Notes: a model not told the origin generated them from the letters alone. 64,000 bases of DNA from an uncultured Hyphomicrobiaceae bacterium (GCA_963922535.1 CAWUIN010000002.1:16957-80956), one strand, 5' to 3'. Shown: positions 20,199 through 30,562, counted from the stretch's first letter. Made by a program: numbers and translations.

Positions 20199-20334
20199 AT
20201 CCATCGTTATAGCTTCAGGAAACGGTCTCAATTTTCCCAAAAACCGGCTTTGCGTGGCTCAACTGATGCAGGTCTTGACCATGCATAAACCGGTAATGGC
20301 ATTGCAATCGCCAAATTCTGCTCGTGTCCGAGCG

Positions 20335-21702
20335 CTATAAATCGATATAGTCTTCCACTGTACGCCCGTGTGGCAGCGGTACATTGTAAACGTCGGACTT
20401 AAACGCTTCGAGACCGCGCGGCACTGAGCCGCCGTAAGCCCAGTCAAGCATCTCAACCGTATGGACAATGGGAAACTCCATGACGCCGGCAAGATGAGTA
20501 ATGCAGCCGATATTGCCGGTTGCGACAACATTAGGCTTAACGCTGCGAATGTTGGCTGCCTTGCGCTCGCGCAGCAAACCGGCAATATCCGGCTGCATGA
20601 TGTTGTACGTTCCGGCTGAGCCGCAACAAATATGCCCCTCAGGTACGTCCACGACCGTAAATCCAGCGTTTTTAAGCAATGTTTTTGGAGCATCTGTAAT
20701 GCGCTGTCCATGTTGCATTGAGCAGGCGGAATGATAAGCCACTTTGATGGAGGACCAGCGCATGGGGGGGCCGAGATTGTGCTTGGTAAGGAATTCCGTG
20801 ATATCCATCGTCTTGTCGACGATCGCTTGTGCCCGTTCGCCGTAGTCATCAAAATGCCTGAGCATATGGGCGTAATTTTTTACCGTTGTGCCGCATCCGG
20901 AGGCATTGATAATGATTGCGTCGATGGGTTCGCGCTGCATCGCCTTCCACCACGCATCGACATTGCGCTTAGCAAAGTCTATTGCCTGTTTCTCAAGTCC
21001 CATATGATGCACGAGCGCACCGCAACAGCCGGAACCTGATGCAACTTTGACATCGACGCCACGGCGGGTGAGAAGGCTGACCGTAGCTTCGTTTATTTCT
21101 GGCCGCAGAACCTGCTGCGCACAACCAGCAAGCATTAGCACACGTGCCTGACGTGAGACTTTGCTGCGTATCAGGCTGAAATTTCTATATTTGCTGCCAT
21201 GCTGCAACTTTTGAGGAGCAAGTTCGACCATGGCAGCCAGTTGCTTCAAGCCAAGTCTCTTCATAACGCTGAGAAAAAGACGGCCAAAGGGGGCCAGTGC
21301 CAACATAAATCTGAAGCGGCCAGGATAGGGGGCGGAAGCTGCAAGCAGTGTGCGAACCAGCCGTTCCTGCAAGGAACGTGAGCTATGCTCATGAATATAG
21401 ACACGGGCATGATCGACAAGATGCATATAATCGACGCCGCTCGGGCATGTGGTCATGCACGACAGGCATGACAGACAACGGTCTATATGGACGCGGACTT
21501 CAGGTGTGACGCCGCGATCCTTCTCAAACATGTCCTTCATCAAATAGATGCGGCCACGCGGGCTATCGCGTTCGTCGCCAAGTACAACGTAGCTTGAACA
21601 GGTTGCGGTGCATAGCCCGCAATGAACGCAACGCCGAAGTATCTGATTGACCTCTGACACGCGTGGATCTTGCAGTTGTTCCGGCGAAAAGTTCGTTTGC
21701 AT
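20335..21702 (-). CDS. glcF: glycolate oxidase iron-sulfur subunit
   Basis: Two ferredoxin-type Cys clusters (CVHCGLCTATC.., CLSCLSCMTTCPSGV) plus C-terminal CCG domains (..CCGSAG..), located next to glcE and glcD. Confidence 0.9.
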   Translation of the reverse strand: MQTNFSPEQLQDPRVSEVNQILRRCVHCGLCTATCSSYVVLGDERDSPRGRIYLMKDMFEKDRGVTPEVRVHIDRCLSCLSCMTTCPSGVDYMHLVDHARVYIHEHSSRSLQERLVRTLLAASAPYPGRFRFMLALAPFGRLFLSVMKRLGLKQLAAMVELAPQKLQHGSKYRNFSLIRSKVSRQARVLMLAGCAQQVLRPEINEATVSLLTRRGVDVKVASGSGCCGALVHHMGLEKQAIDFAKRNVDAWWKAMQREPIDAIIINASGCGTTVKNYAHMLRHFDDYGERAQAIVDKTMDITEFLTKHNLGPPMRWSSIKVAYHSACSMQHGQRITDAPKTLLKNAGFTVVDVPEGHICCGSAGTYNIMQPDIAGLLRERKAANIRSVKPNVVATGNIGCITHLAGVMEFPIVHTVEMLDWAYGGSVPRGLEAFKSDVYNVPLPHGRTVEDYIDL

Positions 21703-21813
21703 TGGCAGCGTCCAGCATCTTTGTCAGTGTTGGGGATTAGTGTCGATTGCCATCCGATTAAGTGCTGCATGATTGCGGCGGACTGGTTTTTTTACATTAC
21801 ATCACGGGGCCGT

Positions 21814-23109
21814 TCAGATGTTGGCGTACATGCGCCCTTTATTCAGAATGCCAGCAGGATCGAAGGCTTGTTTAATGTTCCGGGTCATACGTTCCGTGCC
21901 GTGGTCCAAAGGCTGGAAGATTTCAACGTTGCTTCTGACTTCCTCATCGGCCCGGATGAGAGTGGCGTGACCGCCATATGCCGCAAGTGCACGCCTGATG
22001 TCGCTTGCACCTGCATCCGCGGCTTGTGGGATTGACAGCCAGATGAGACCGCCCGACCAGTCGAAAAAAGCTTCCGCTTCCCTGTACCTTTGAATATCAG
22101 AGACCAAAAGAGCTCCTTTGTTTGGCAGAGTTGAAATGCGCCAAAGCTGCTCTGTGCGCCCGATCATAGGCGAAAGTTGCCGCAGTTCATTCCAGAAGTA
22201 GAGAGAATCCTCATTTCCGACCACATGCACCTCGCCGTAAGTTTTCAGTGCTTCCTGCAAGCGCTCCATCCGTCGTGGCAGGAACTTGGAGAAGTTTTCA
22301 AGCCGCAGCGCCGTGATAGAATTGGCTGCGCTACGAAAGGCATCACTGTTTAAACGTTCGACCAGTGGCAGTTCAAGATGAACGGCTCCTGTCACTTCGA
22401 AAGGTGTGGCCAGCGCAGCGCACATGGCCTCGACCGCAATTTCGTTGGACAAGCCGATGATGACGAGCGTTGCCGTCATCTCTGGTCGCGGCAGGACTTT
22501 GAATGTCGCCTCAGTAATCACTCCCAGGGTCCCCCAGCTGCCGGCAACCGCGCGGGTCAGACCAATGCCGGTGACATCCTTCAATACGCGGCCGCCTGAC
22601 TTAAATATCTGCCCGATGCCGGAAACGGCGCGGACGCCTAGCAGGTGATCTCGGCCCGCGCCTGCTGCAATACGGCGGCTGCCGGAAATATCTACGGCGA
22701 ACATGCCTCCCACAGTGCCTCTTCCCGCAGGCTTATCGAGCACTGGGCCGAGATCGACCGGTTCAAAAGCCAGCATTTGACCATTGTTCTCCAGCTCCGC
22801 TTCAATATCTGACACCAGCACGCCAGCTTCCGCCGCCATGACAAGCTCGCTTGGTTCGTAAAGCTTAACGCTACGCATGATGCATGGCGAAACAACCGTG
22901 GCGGCATGCGTTGGTCGTCCAATGCTACGCTTTGATCCGCTGCCGACAATTTCAACCGGCTTTTGTTGTTCAATTGCATCCCGCACGTAACGTGCTAATT
23001 CCCAGTCTGTCGCAGGCCGCAAGACGGTATGCAGAACGTTTTCCTCGATTGACGCCGAAAGTGTCGCGTCAGCAGGGCCAGGTCGTCTGGTTGAGGTTGT
23101 TGGCTTCAA
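21814..23109 (-). CDS. glcE: glycolate oxidase FAD-binding subunit
   Basis: FAD_binding_4-type domain (..VEIVGSGSKRSIGRP..). The TTG start overlaps the glcD stop (TTGA). Confidence 0.8.
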   Translation of the reverse strand: MKPTTSTRRPGPADATLSASIEENVLHTVLRPATDWELARYVRDAIEQQKPVEIVGSGSKRSIGRPTHAATVVSPCIMRSVKLYEPSELVMAAEAGVLVSDIEAELENNGQMLAFEPVDLGPVLDKPAGRGTVGGMFAVDISGSRRIAAGAGRDHLLGVRAVSGIGQIFKSGGRVLKDVTGIGLTRAVAGSWGTLGVITEATFKVLPRPEMTATLVIIGLSNEIAVEAMCAALATPFEVTGAVHLELPLVERLNSDAFRSAANSITALRLENFSKFLPRRMERLQEALKTYGEVHVVGNEDSLYFWNELRQLSPMIGRTEQLWRISTLPNKGALLVSDIQRYREAEAFFDWSGGLIWLSIPQAADAGASDIRRALAAYGGHATLIRADEEVRSNVEIFQPLDHGTERMTRNIKQAFDPAGILNKGRMYANI

Positions 23110-24554
23110 GCGGCAGCCTCCCTATCATCATCCGTTGCCAATGGAAAAACCTTCCCCGGATTTAAAAGCCAATGCGGATCCAGAGAAGCCTTGATACGCA
23201 TTTGTATATCAAGATCGTCCTGGGAAAACTGTACGCGCATTAAGTCACGCTTTTCAATGCCAACGCCGTGCTCGCCGGTCAGGCAACCGCCAACCTCAAC
23301 GCACAATTTGAGAATTTCAGCGCCAGCCTCTTCAGCATTGATCGATTGCTGCGGATCATTTGCATCGAACAGGATCAAGGGGTGCAGATTACCGTCGCCT
23401 GCGTGGAAAATGTTGGCAACGCGCAGGCCGTAGTGTGCGACAATGTCCGAAATCCTCGCCAAAACCTCCGGCAGTCTGCCAAGTGGAATTGTGCCATCCA
23501 TGCAGTAAAAATCGGCAATCCGGCCCACTGCCCCGAATGCCGCTTTGCGCCCGCGCCATATTCTTGCGCTCTGATCATCGTTCTCGCTGACGACGATTGT
23601 GCGGGGATTGAAATTTTCACAGATATCTTTGATATTGTCGAGAAGTACCGGTATTTCATCCGGGCTGCCTTCAACTTCTACGATCAAAAGAGCTTCAACG
23701 TCGGTTGGATACCCTGCCTTGGCAAAATCCTCGCAGACACGGATGGCGGGCCGGTCCATATACTCAATTGCAACAGGCACAATGCCGGCGCCAATTATTG
23801 CCGCGACACAGGCACCGGCCTGCATGCTCGAATCAAAGCCTATCATCAGCGGACGCGCACCTTCCGCCATCCGCAAAATGCGAACTGTGGCCTCTGTTAC
23901 AATGCCAAATTGACCCTCCGATCCGATTATCAGGCCAAGCAGGTCAATCCCGCTGGCATCAAGATAAGGGCCACCTACTTCAACGATTTCACCTTGTATC
24001 GTAACAATCTTGAGACCGAGGACATTGTTGAGCGTAACGCCGTATTTCAAGCAGTGAGCGCCGCCGGAATTCATCGCGATATTACCTGCAATCGTACACG
24101 CGAGCTGGCTTGAAGGATCGGGTGCATAAAAATATCCCTCCGCCCTAACCGCTTCTGAAATCGCAAGATTGGTGACCCCAGCCTCGACGCGCACATGGCG
24201 GTTGGCAAAGTCGGTTTCCAGAATCTTATTCATTTTGGAGATGCAAATCACAATGCCGTCTTCGGCGGGCAGCGCACCACCGCAAAGCGATGTGCCGGCT
24301 CCGCGCGGAAAAACCTTGAGGCGTTGCATGTGGCAATAACGTAATAATTTTGAGATATCCTGCGTTGTGCGTGGCAGCACCACAGCAAGCGGCAATCGTG
24401 TATAGGCGGTGAGTGCATCTGTCTCGTAAGCCCGTCTGCCATCATCATCCGTAATGACAGCATCGGCTCCGACGATGGAGATGAGCTCCTCGGCAATCTT
24501 GTTTCTGCGCTTCAAAATATTCTGGTCTGGAGGCGGGAGCTTGATTGATGCCAT
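23106..24554 (-). CDS. glcD: glycolate oxidase subunit GlcD (FAD-linked oxidase)
   Basis: FAD-linked oxidase N- and C-domains (..VFPRGAGTSLCGGALP.., ..GGCLTGEHGVGIEKR..). The probable start MASIKLPPPDQ is at the ATG at 24554. Confidence 0.9.
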   Translation of the reverse strand: MASIKLPPPDQNILKRRNKIAEELISIVGADAVITDDDGRRAYETDALTAYTRLPLAVVLPRTTQDISKLLRYCHMQRLKVFPRGAGTSLCGGALPAEDGIVICISKMNKILETDFANRHVRVEAGVTNLAISEAVRAEGYFYAPDPSSQLACTIAGNIAMNSGGAHCLKYGVTLNNVLGLKIVTIQGEIVEVGGPYLDASGIDLLGLIIGSEGQFGIVTEATVRILRMAEGARPLMIGFDSSMQAGACVAAIIGAGIVPVAIEYMDRPAIRVCEDFAKAGYPTDVEALLIVEVEGSPDEIPVLLDNIKDICENFNPRTIVVSENDDQSARIWRGRKAAFGAVGRIADFYCMDGTIPLGRLPEVLARISDIVAHYGLRVANIFHAGDGNLHPLILFDANDPQQSINAEEAGAEILKLCVEVGGCLTGEHGVGIEKRDLMRVQFSQDDLDIQMRIKASLDPHWLLNPGKVFPLATDDDREAAA

Positions 24555-24888
24555 TTTGTTTTCTCGCACATGCCTGCTGTCACCGGTGCTTTCATGCATT
24601 CGTACTGTAGACCGGTCGTTTTGTATTTAAAAAACATGGTTACCATTACAAGAAAGTATTTACACGTGTATTTCGACATTTTGTGTCGTGAAGTATCAGC
24701 CTATGATATGATAAATTGATTGTACACTTGCCAAAGCCAAATCAGTACGGGTAAGAGGCTTGGTGGTGGTAAGTATTTTATCTTACAATCTGGTAATTGT
24801 CGTAACAGTGTTTTAAAAAATTTGTATATGCCCTAATAGGGCGCTTATAACATCAATGCGCCTGTCAACTTGGGAGGGCTTGTTCTCT

Positions 24889-25179
24889 ATGATTGATCCT
24901 TATATTCCACTTATCATCGGCGCTGTCGGCGGTCTCGTTGGCGGCAACCTTTTCGGGAAAATCATTGGCGGTTCAAAGGTCGGCATGGCGTCCGGTACCT
25001 TAATCGGTATCGTAGGAGGCATTCTTGGTCAGATTTTCATCAGTCCGGAAATCGGCCCGATGATTGGTGCAACAAGTGATGCTCTGGCGCCTATGACCAT
25101 TGTTTCCAACCTGGCTTCAGGTGCAATCGGCGGCGGTCTGCTGGGCATCGTCTGGGGTATTCTGCGCCGCATTTTCTAA
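24889..25179 (+). CDS. GlsB/YeaQ/YmgE-family small membrane (stress) protein
   Basis: 96 aa and Gly-rich, with 3 hydrophobic helices (IIGAVGGLVGGNLFG.., LIGIVGGILGQIF.., GAIGGGLLGIVWGIL). GGGAGGG lies upstream of the ATG at 24889. Confidence 0.7.
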   Translation: MIDPYIPLIIGAVGGLVGGNLFGKIIGGSKVGMASGTLIGIVGGILGQIFISPEIGPMIGATSDALAPMTIVSNLASGAIGGGLLGIVWGILRRIF

Positions 25180-25209
25180 TGCATTCATGCTTGCTCAGAT
25201 CTTTATTCG

Positions 25210-26214
25210 CTATAAAGTCTTGAGAAATGCAATCAACTCAGCACGTTCCTGCGTGCTGAGTCTCAAATCCTTAACAAGGCTCGGTGCCAGGGATTGACGT
25301 TTTTCAAATCCTCCAGCGTAATGCGCCATAACATCGTCGAGCGATTTTTTCGATCCATCGTGCATATAGGGTGCTGAGAGGTACACACTGCGTAGTCCTG
25401 GTGTCTTGAAGCGCCGCGCTTTTAATGCGCCGCCGTCTATCGCGCTGCGTCCCGGATCATCCGTTGCCAAACCAATGTCGTGGAATTTATCGTCGGTGAA
25501 TCGCCAGCCGCCATGGCAGGCAAGGCAACCGGCACGGCCGGTAAATAATTGAAAGCCACGCTGCTCCTGTTTTGTCAAAGCGCTCACCTCACCCCCGATC
25601 CAGCGGTCAAAACGGGTGACAGGCGATACAAGCGAACGCTCATAACTTGCAATGGCAGCCAGGATGGTAGCCTCACTAATCTTTGGCGATCGAGAAAACG
25701 CCGCTGCAAATGCCGCCTGCATTGCCGTGTCACGCCTGAGCCTGCGCACAATGATTGCAAAGTCACCCCCCATTTCTCGCGGATGTTCGATCGGCACCCG
25801 TGCCTGGTCTTCCAGAGTTGCTGCGCGGCCGTCCCAGTAAAAATGCGGTGCCCAGGCCAGATTCCAGAGCGCAGGCGCGTTACGTTTCAGAGGCAGGCCA
25901 TCACGCCCCAGGGGCTGCGGCCGGCGGTCGGAATATCCCTTCTGCGGTGCATGACAGGTGGCGCAGCTGCGGGTCCCGTCACCAGAAAGCCGAGGGTCGA
26001 AATAAAGGCGCCTGCCAAGCGCAACTTTGGCTTTGGTAAGCGGATTATCAGCAGGAGCCGGAATGGTATCAGGACGCGCAAAGATGCTTTGCCATAACTG
26101 CGCCGGTGGAGGCGACGGGCTTCCGGATTGTGCTGAAAGTATGGAAAATGGAGGAAGCGTGGTAGCGATCAGACAAGCTAATCCCGCTAAAGTTCTATCC
26201 CACACCTTGAACAC
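25210..26214 (-). CDS. di-haem cytochrome c peroxidase (CCP/MauG family)
   Basis: Signal peptide plus two CxxCH haem motifs (CATCHAP, CLACHGG) at the CCP-typical spacing. Confidence 0.9.
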   Translation of the reverse strand: MFKVWDRTLAGLACLIATTLPPFSILSAQSGSPSPPPAQLWQSIFARPDTIPAPADNPLTKAKVALGRRLYFDPRLSGDGTRSCATCHAPQKGYSDRRPQPLGRDGLPLKRNAPALWNLAWAPHFYWDGRAATLEDQARVPIEHPREMGGDFAIIVRRLRRDTAMQAAFAAAFSRSPKISEATILAAIASYERSLVSPVTRFDRWIGGEVSALTKQEQRGFQLFTGRAGCLACHGGWRFTDDKFHDIGLATDDPGRSAIDGGALKARRFKTPGLRSVYLSAPYMHDGSKKSLDDVMAHYAGGFEKRQSLAPSLVKDLRLSTQERAELIAFLKTL

Positions 26215-26577
26215 AAGAACACCGTACTACTGTTTCCTTTGATCTGAGATGATATATTGCACGCCACATGCGGCCAACCGAGGGCATCAGCTGAAAATTA
26301 CGCCGGTATTAATGCCGGCCCAACCGATTTCGCCAGATGGCAGGTTGCATCCAGGTTTTTTAATGCCGCGTTTACCCTTCAGGGCAGTATCGCCGCAATT
26401 GACACTTCATTGTGCCTCAGAATTGCAGAAAATTTACAGACTTCACGTTACACAAATCGTCTTCATTATTGAGGCCGGATCAATAGCGTCAAGAAACTGG
26501 CCGGCCGCATTCAAGACAGATAGCGCGTATCGGTCTGGTTGCTCCGAACGTTTCAGGGTCTTTAAGAGATACAGCAT

Positions 26578-27603
26578 ATGTCCGGTGATCGAACCGATAT
26601 CATTCAACTCATCGTCGGCGCGGAGGCCAGCGGCAGCCGCTTGGACAAGTTCGTTGCCGCAGCAGTAAGCGAACTCAGCCGCCAGCGCGTTCAAGGTCTA
26701 ATTAAGGCTGGTAACGTTATGGTCGATGGTGATCCTTGCTTGGATGCAAAGTGCAAAGTTCGTGAAAACCAAAAGGTCAGCGTGGCTCTGCCGCCGCTGG
26801 AGCCGGCCGGGATCATGGCAGAGGCGATACCGCTCAACATTGTCTATGAAGATGACGACGTGATTGTCGTTGATAAACCGGCTGGGCTTGTGACACATCC
26901 GGCGCCCGGCCACACAGGCGGTACACTGGTCAACGCGTTGCTGGCCCATGCCGGTAAAAGCTTGTCCGGCATTGGTGGCGTTGCCCGGCCCGGCATTGTC
27001 CATCGCCTGGATAAAGACACATCGGGCCTGATCGTGATTGCCAAGAATGATTACGCGCATAAACACTTGGCACAGCAATTCGCAGCGCATGGATCCGATG
27101 GACGCATGCAACGTATTTATCGTGCATTTACCTGGGGCGGCTTTGACCGTCCCCGCGGCACTGTTGATGCTCCCCTTGGCCGCAGCACGACCAACCGGCG
27201 AAAGATCAAAATTGTGTCGGGAGCGTACGGGCGCCACGCGGTCAGTCATTATTGGGTGCAAAAGCAGTATGCCTTCGCCAGTGGCGTTACCGTGAGCCAG
27301 CTTCGGCTCCAGCTGGAAACTGGCCGAACGCATCAGATCCGGGTTCATATGGCGTCAATCGGTCACCCATTACTCGGTGACATGACTTATGGCATGGGCT
27401 TTAAATCAAGCGCCGTAAACCTGCCAGAGCGTTCAGCGGATGCATTGGATGCACTCGGCCGTCAGGCTCTGCACGCTGTTATTCTTGCGTTTCAGCATCC
27501 GCGTTCAGGCGATGTTATGCACTTTGAAAGCCCGCTGCCATCTGATCTGGCAAGCCTAGCTGCCGCTCTGGAACGGGATTACACAGATACGACAGATATA
27601 TAA
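26578..27603 (+). CDS. rluD: RluA-family 23S rRNA pseudouridine synthase (RluD-like)
   Basis: N-terminal S4 domain (RLDKFVAA..SRQRVQGLIKAG.V.VDG) and the catalytic motif ..HRLDKDTSGLIVIAKN... Confidence 0.85.
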   Translation: MSGDRTDIIQLIVGAEASGSRLDKFVAAAVSELSRQRVQGLIKAGNVMVDGDPCLDAKCKVRENQKVSVALPPLEPAGIMAEAIPLNIVYEDDDVIVVDKPAGLVTHPAPGHTGGTLVNALLAHAGKSLSGIGGVARPGIVHRLDKDTSGLIVIAKNDYAHKHLAQQFAAHGSDGRMQRIYRAFTWGGFDRPRGTVDAPLGRSTTNRRKIKIVSGAYGRHAVSHYWVQKQYAFASGVTVSQLRLQLETGRTHQIRVHMASIGHPLLGDMTYGMGFKSSAVNLPERSADALDALGRQALHAVILAFQHPRSGDVMHFESPLPSDLASLAAALERDYTDTTDI

Positions 27604-27732
27604 TTTGTTTGGCAGGCAAATAAGCAGAAATTCTCGTATTGACCAACGAACCAGCTATTCAAATTTGTTCGGTCAACCGATATATCGTGAAAAAGATCGA
27701 TACGCTTCGTTAGTCGAGCGGATGAAGCCTGC

Positions 27733-27858
27733 TTAGCCTTGCCGGGCTTTAAAGCGACGCTGCGTCTTGTTGATGACATAAAGGCGGCCGCGGCGGCGTA
27801 CAACGCGGTTATCGCGATGGCGCGATTTGAGCGCTTTGATGGAGTTTCTGACTTTCAT
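27733..27858 (-). CDS. rpmJ: 50S ribosomal protein L36
   Basis: The internal ATG at 27858 gives the 41-aa protein [41 protein letters not shown] (the non-zinc L36 type). The upstream part of the 63-aa ORF was rejected. Confidence 0.95.
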   Translation of the reverse strand: MKVRNSIKALKSRHRDNRVVRRRGRLYVINKTQRRFKARQG

Positions 27859-28064
27859 AGTGGTGACCTGTTTATGCAAAAACCAATACATGCTTGCGTA
27901 CGATAAGGACAGCAAGCATTGCACGGCAAATGTTCTTATATTAAAGCTCTATCATCCACTTTTTTGCCGCTCAAGTCAACCACGATATCATAAGGCAGAA
28001 ATCTTCACCTGAATAGCCGGCAAACTCTGGTTCATTGAATTCAATCGCATTTCAATGGTGTCGG

Positions 28065-28571
28065 TTATTTTTCCTTTTGCTTAATGCTTTTGGGGTCGAT
28101 GCCGCCCATTTCACAGACAATTTCCCATTCCGTCGCTGTCACAGGCTGCACGGAAAGCCGCATTGCAGTTACGAGCGCCATTTCAGACAGCTTTGGATTA
28201 TTTTTGACGTCGGCGAGCGTTACAGGTTGTGGCATCGGACTAACGGCACGAACGTCCACACATTCCCAACGCTCATCGTCAGTTGTCGAATCCTGGTGCG
28301 CCAGTGCGCAGACCTCACAAATCCCGACAATATCCTTACCCGCATTGGAGTGATAGAAAAAACCAAGATCGCCAGGGCGCATTTCGCGCATATTATTGCG
28401 CGCCAGATAGTTACGGATACCGTCCCATTCCTCCCCCTGGCTGCCTTTGGCGACCAGTTGATCCCATGAAAATTTGTCAGGTTCTGACTTAAACAACCAG
28501 TAAAGCAGCTCATTGCCAACGCGCTCTGGCGGTGCGCCGATTTTAAGTTTAGGCGTCGCAGTTCTGGCCAT
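28065..28571 (-). CDS. EVE (PUA-like) domain protein
   Basis: Contains ..YWLFKSEPDKFSWDQL..WDGIRNYLARNNMREMRPGDLGFFYHSN..IVGICEV.., which is the canonical EVE signature. The ATG overlaps the gpsA stop (TAATG). Confidence 0.85.
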   Translation of the reverse strand: MARTATPKLKIGAPPERVGNELLYWLFKSEPDKFSWDQLVAKGSQGEEWDGIRNYLARNNMREMRPGDLGFFYHSNAGKDIVGICEVCALAHQDSTTDDERWECVDVRAVSPMPQPVTLADVKNNPKLSEMALVTAMRLSVQPVTATEWEIVCEMGGIDPKSIKQKEK

Positions 28572-29611
28572 TATCCGTTCCCCTGGGGACTGTCGGCATT
28601 AAACACTTCAATTTCAGCACGTAACGGCCTTGCCATCAATCCGTGGATTGCGTCATCCACACTGATTTCATGGTTTACAATGGCTTTAACTGCAGCGGCT
28701 ATGGGAACCTCGATGCCTTTTTCCCTGGCAATCCGGAGGACTGCTTCGGCTGTATAAACACCTTCCGTCACAGCTTTGCGCTCGCCAAGAATGTCGTCAA
28801 GCGCCAGTCCTTCCCCCAGAGCCCTGCCGAGCGACATGTTACGTGATTGAGGGCTGCCGCAGGTTAGAAGCAGGTCGCCTAATCCTGAGAGGCCGGAAAG
28901 TGTTTCAGGGCGCGCGCCGAGTGCCTCAGCAAAACGACGCATTTCTGCGAAACCGCGCGTCACCAGCGCCGCATGGGCACTGGCGCCAAGTTTTTTTCCA
29001 TCTACAATGCCCGCAGCAATTGCCAATACATTCTTGACAGCGCCGCCGATTTGCACGCCGATGAGATCGTCTGTCCAGTATATTCTCAACTTTTGTGAGC
29101 CGAGTGCTGCCGCCACTCTCTCGCAAAGGCTTTTTTCAGGACATGCAACGGTCAGCGCCGCCGGCATGCCGCGGGCAACATCGCGGGCAAAACTTGGGCC
29201 GGAAAGTACACCATGGACCGTTCGCGGCAATTCCTCACTCAGGATTTTCCCCAAAAGCTTACCCGTTGTCTGCTCGATACCTTTTGCGCAGACCAGAATG
29301 GGCGTCGCAGATGCGATGTGTGGTTGAAGTTGTGCTGCAACACGGCGCAGATGCTGGGCCGGGGTGACCATCAGCAGTAGATCATTGTGCGCAATATCTG
29401 CCAGCGAAACGGTCGCGACAATGCATGGGTTGAGGGCAATGCCAGCCAAGAACAGCCGATTGGTATTGTGCTCATTGATTTCGCGAACGGTATCCGCCTC
29501 ATGAGCCCAGATCGTTACCTTGCGGCCTGCTTCGGCCAGCGTCTGGGCGAGTGCCGTCCCCCATGCACCGCCGCCGATAACTCCAATGCGTTGGAAATAA
29601 TGCCCAGCCAC
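28571..29611 (-). CDS. gpsA: NAD(P)H-dependent glycerol-3-phosphate dehydrogenase
   Basis: Has the IGVIGGGAWGTALA Rossmann motif and ..GAVKNVLAIAAGI.. . Confidence 0.93.
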   Translation of the reverse strand: MAGHYFQRIGVIGGGAWGTALAQTLAEAGRKVTIWAHEADTVREINEHNTNRLFLAGIALNPCIVATVSLADIAHNDLLLMVTPAQHLRRVAAQLQPHIASATPILVCAKGIEQTTGKLLGKILSEELPRTVHGVLSGPSFARDVARGMPAALTVACPEKSLCERVAAALGSQKLRIYWTDDLIGVQIGGAVKNVLAIAAGIVDGKKLGASAHAALVTRGFAEMRRFAEALGARPETLSGLSGLGDLLLTCGSPQSRNMSLGRALGEGLALDDILGERKAVTEGVYTAEAVLRIAREKGIEVPIAAAVKAIVNHEISVDDAIHGLMARPLRAEIEVFNADSPQGNG

Positions 29612-29644
29612 GCCTGCTTCCTTAGTATCAATTTGAATTTGAAC

Positions 29645-29675
29645 TGACTTGGAAAAAAGCTCTTTGCTCCAAGTC
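29645..29675. terminator. hairpin between nnrD-like gene and gpsA (possible terminator/attenuator)
   Basis: GACTTGGA - 15 nt - TCCAAGTC (8-bp stem). The T run follows only on the plus strand, while both flanking genes are on the minus strand, so any function is uncertain. Confidence 0.3.
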
Positions 29676-29782
29676 CTTTTACGTAGTTATAAGCTTGAGT
29701 TTAACGCCGCGGCCGAGTGCCGCGAGGCGGTCAAGGGGCTTCCTGAGTTCGCCCGTTCAGTCATGAGTTAAAGTTTTCCAGG

Positions 29783-30562
29783 TTAAGGCAGATCGTCGTC
29801 AAGCAGTTTATTCATTATTGAAGGAATAAGATCCGGTAAGTCAGAGGCCACGAGATAACGGCCAAAGTGCAGGGCGCATTCACCGTGTATCCAAACCGCT
29901 GCACAGCAGGCATCGAACGGATGCATATTCTGAGCAGCCAGGCCTGCGATCATTCCTGCCAGAACATCGCCGCTGCCTACTGTTGCAAGCCATGGGCTGG
30001 CATGGTTACTGGTAATACTGTGCCCATTTGGCGATACGATCAGGGTTTCCGGTCCTTTCAGAACAATGATGCAGTTCAGTGTGTTTGCAGCTTTCTTTGC
30101 GCGCTCTGTTCTATTACCTTCGATATCAGGGAAAGCGCGATCGAATTCGCCATGATGTGGTGTCAGGATATAATGCGGCGCAAGCCTGCCCGGCAAGGCG
30201 GACAAAGCATCCGCATCAAGGACAACTGGAACCCTGGAATGATAGTCAGGCAGAGCGCTAAGACCACCGGGGCCGTAGAGTTTTGCCGAAATACTTTTAG
30301 TCTCGAAATTATGCTCCGTTCTAACCAGAACATGCGGCGGCAGAATGCAGCGATAGATATCCTCCACAGCCTCGCCAGTTGCCACGGTTACCAGGCCGGT
30401 ACCGATCCTGGCGCAGGCCTGCGCGGCCAGATTGGTAGCCCCTGTCAATTTCGGTGCGGCATGGATCAAGGCGTGACCATGGTCGTATTTATGCTGATCC
30501 CATTGTTTTTGCGGGAGTTTTGAAATCCATAACTCAGGAGTATTTCGTTCGATTTTATTCAT
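29783..30562 (-). CDS. nnrD: ADP-dependent NAD(P)H-hydrate dehydratase (YjeF C-terminal domain only)
   Basis: Carbohydrate-kinase-like fold with ..GPGGL.., ..VLDADAL.. and ..GSGDVLAGMIAGLAAQ... No epimerase (YjeF-N) domain is fused. Confidence 0.85.
   Translation of the reverse strand: MNKIERNTPELWISKLPQKQWDQHKYDHGHALIHAAPKLTGATNLAAQACARIGTGLVTVATGEAVEDIYRCILPPHVLVRTEHNFETKSISAKLYGPGGLSALPDYHSRVPVVLDADALSALPGRLAPHYILTPHHGEFDRAFPDIEGNRTERAKKAANTLNCIIVLKGPETLIVSPNGHSITSNHASPWLATVGSGDVLAGMIAGLAAQNMHPFDACCAAVWIHGECALHFGRYLVASDLPDLIPSIMNKLLDDDLP

Noticed and set aside
19882-20340. A 152-aa plus-strand ORF and 75-146-aa minus-strand ORFs lie in the icd-glcF spacer.
   Set aside because: The sequences are not protein-like. 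The region is better explained as an IS630 transposase relic plus hairpin and PAL-B fragments.
24661-24670. A 10-bp palindrome TACACGTGTA and a nearby TGTACAC lie in the glcD/GlsB divergent spacer. They have a loose resemblance to the 16-bp palindrome at 54782.
   Set aside because: They are short enough to occur by chance in AT-rich DNA. The similarity to the 54.8-kb site is limited to GTGTACAC-like cores, and I cannot support a shared regulator.
26443-26694. An 83-aa minus-strand ORF overlaps the rluD start, and further ORFs (26249-26668 and 26257-26472) lie in the ccp-rluD spacer.
   Set aside because: They overlap a well-supported gene start or lie in a divergent promoter region, and they show no motifs or ribosome-binding sites.
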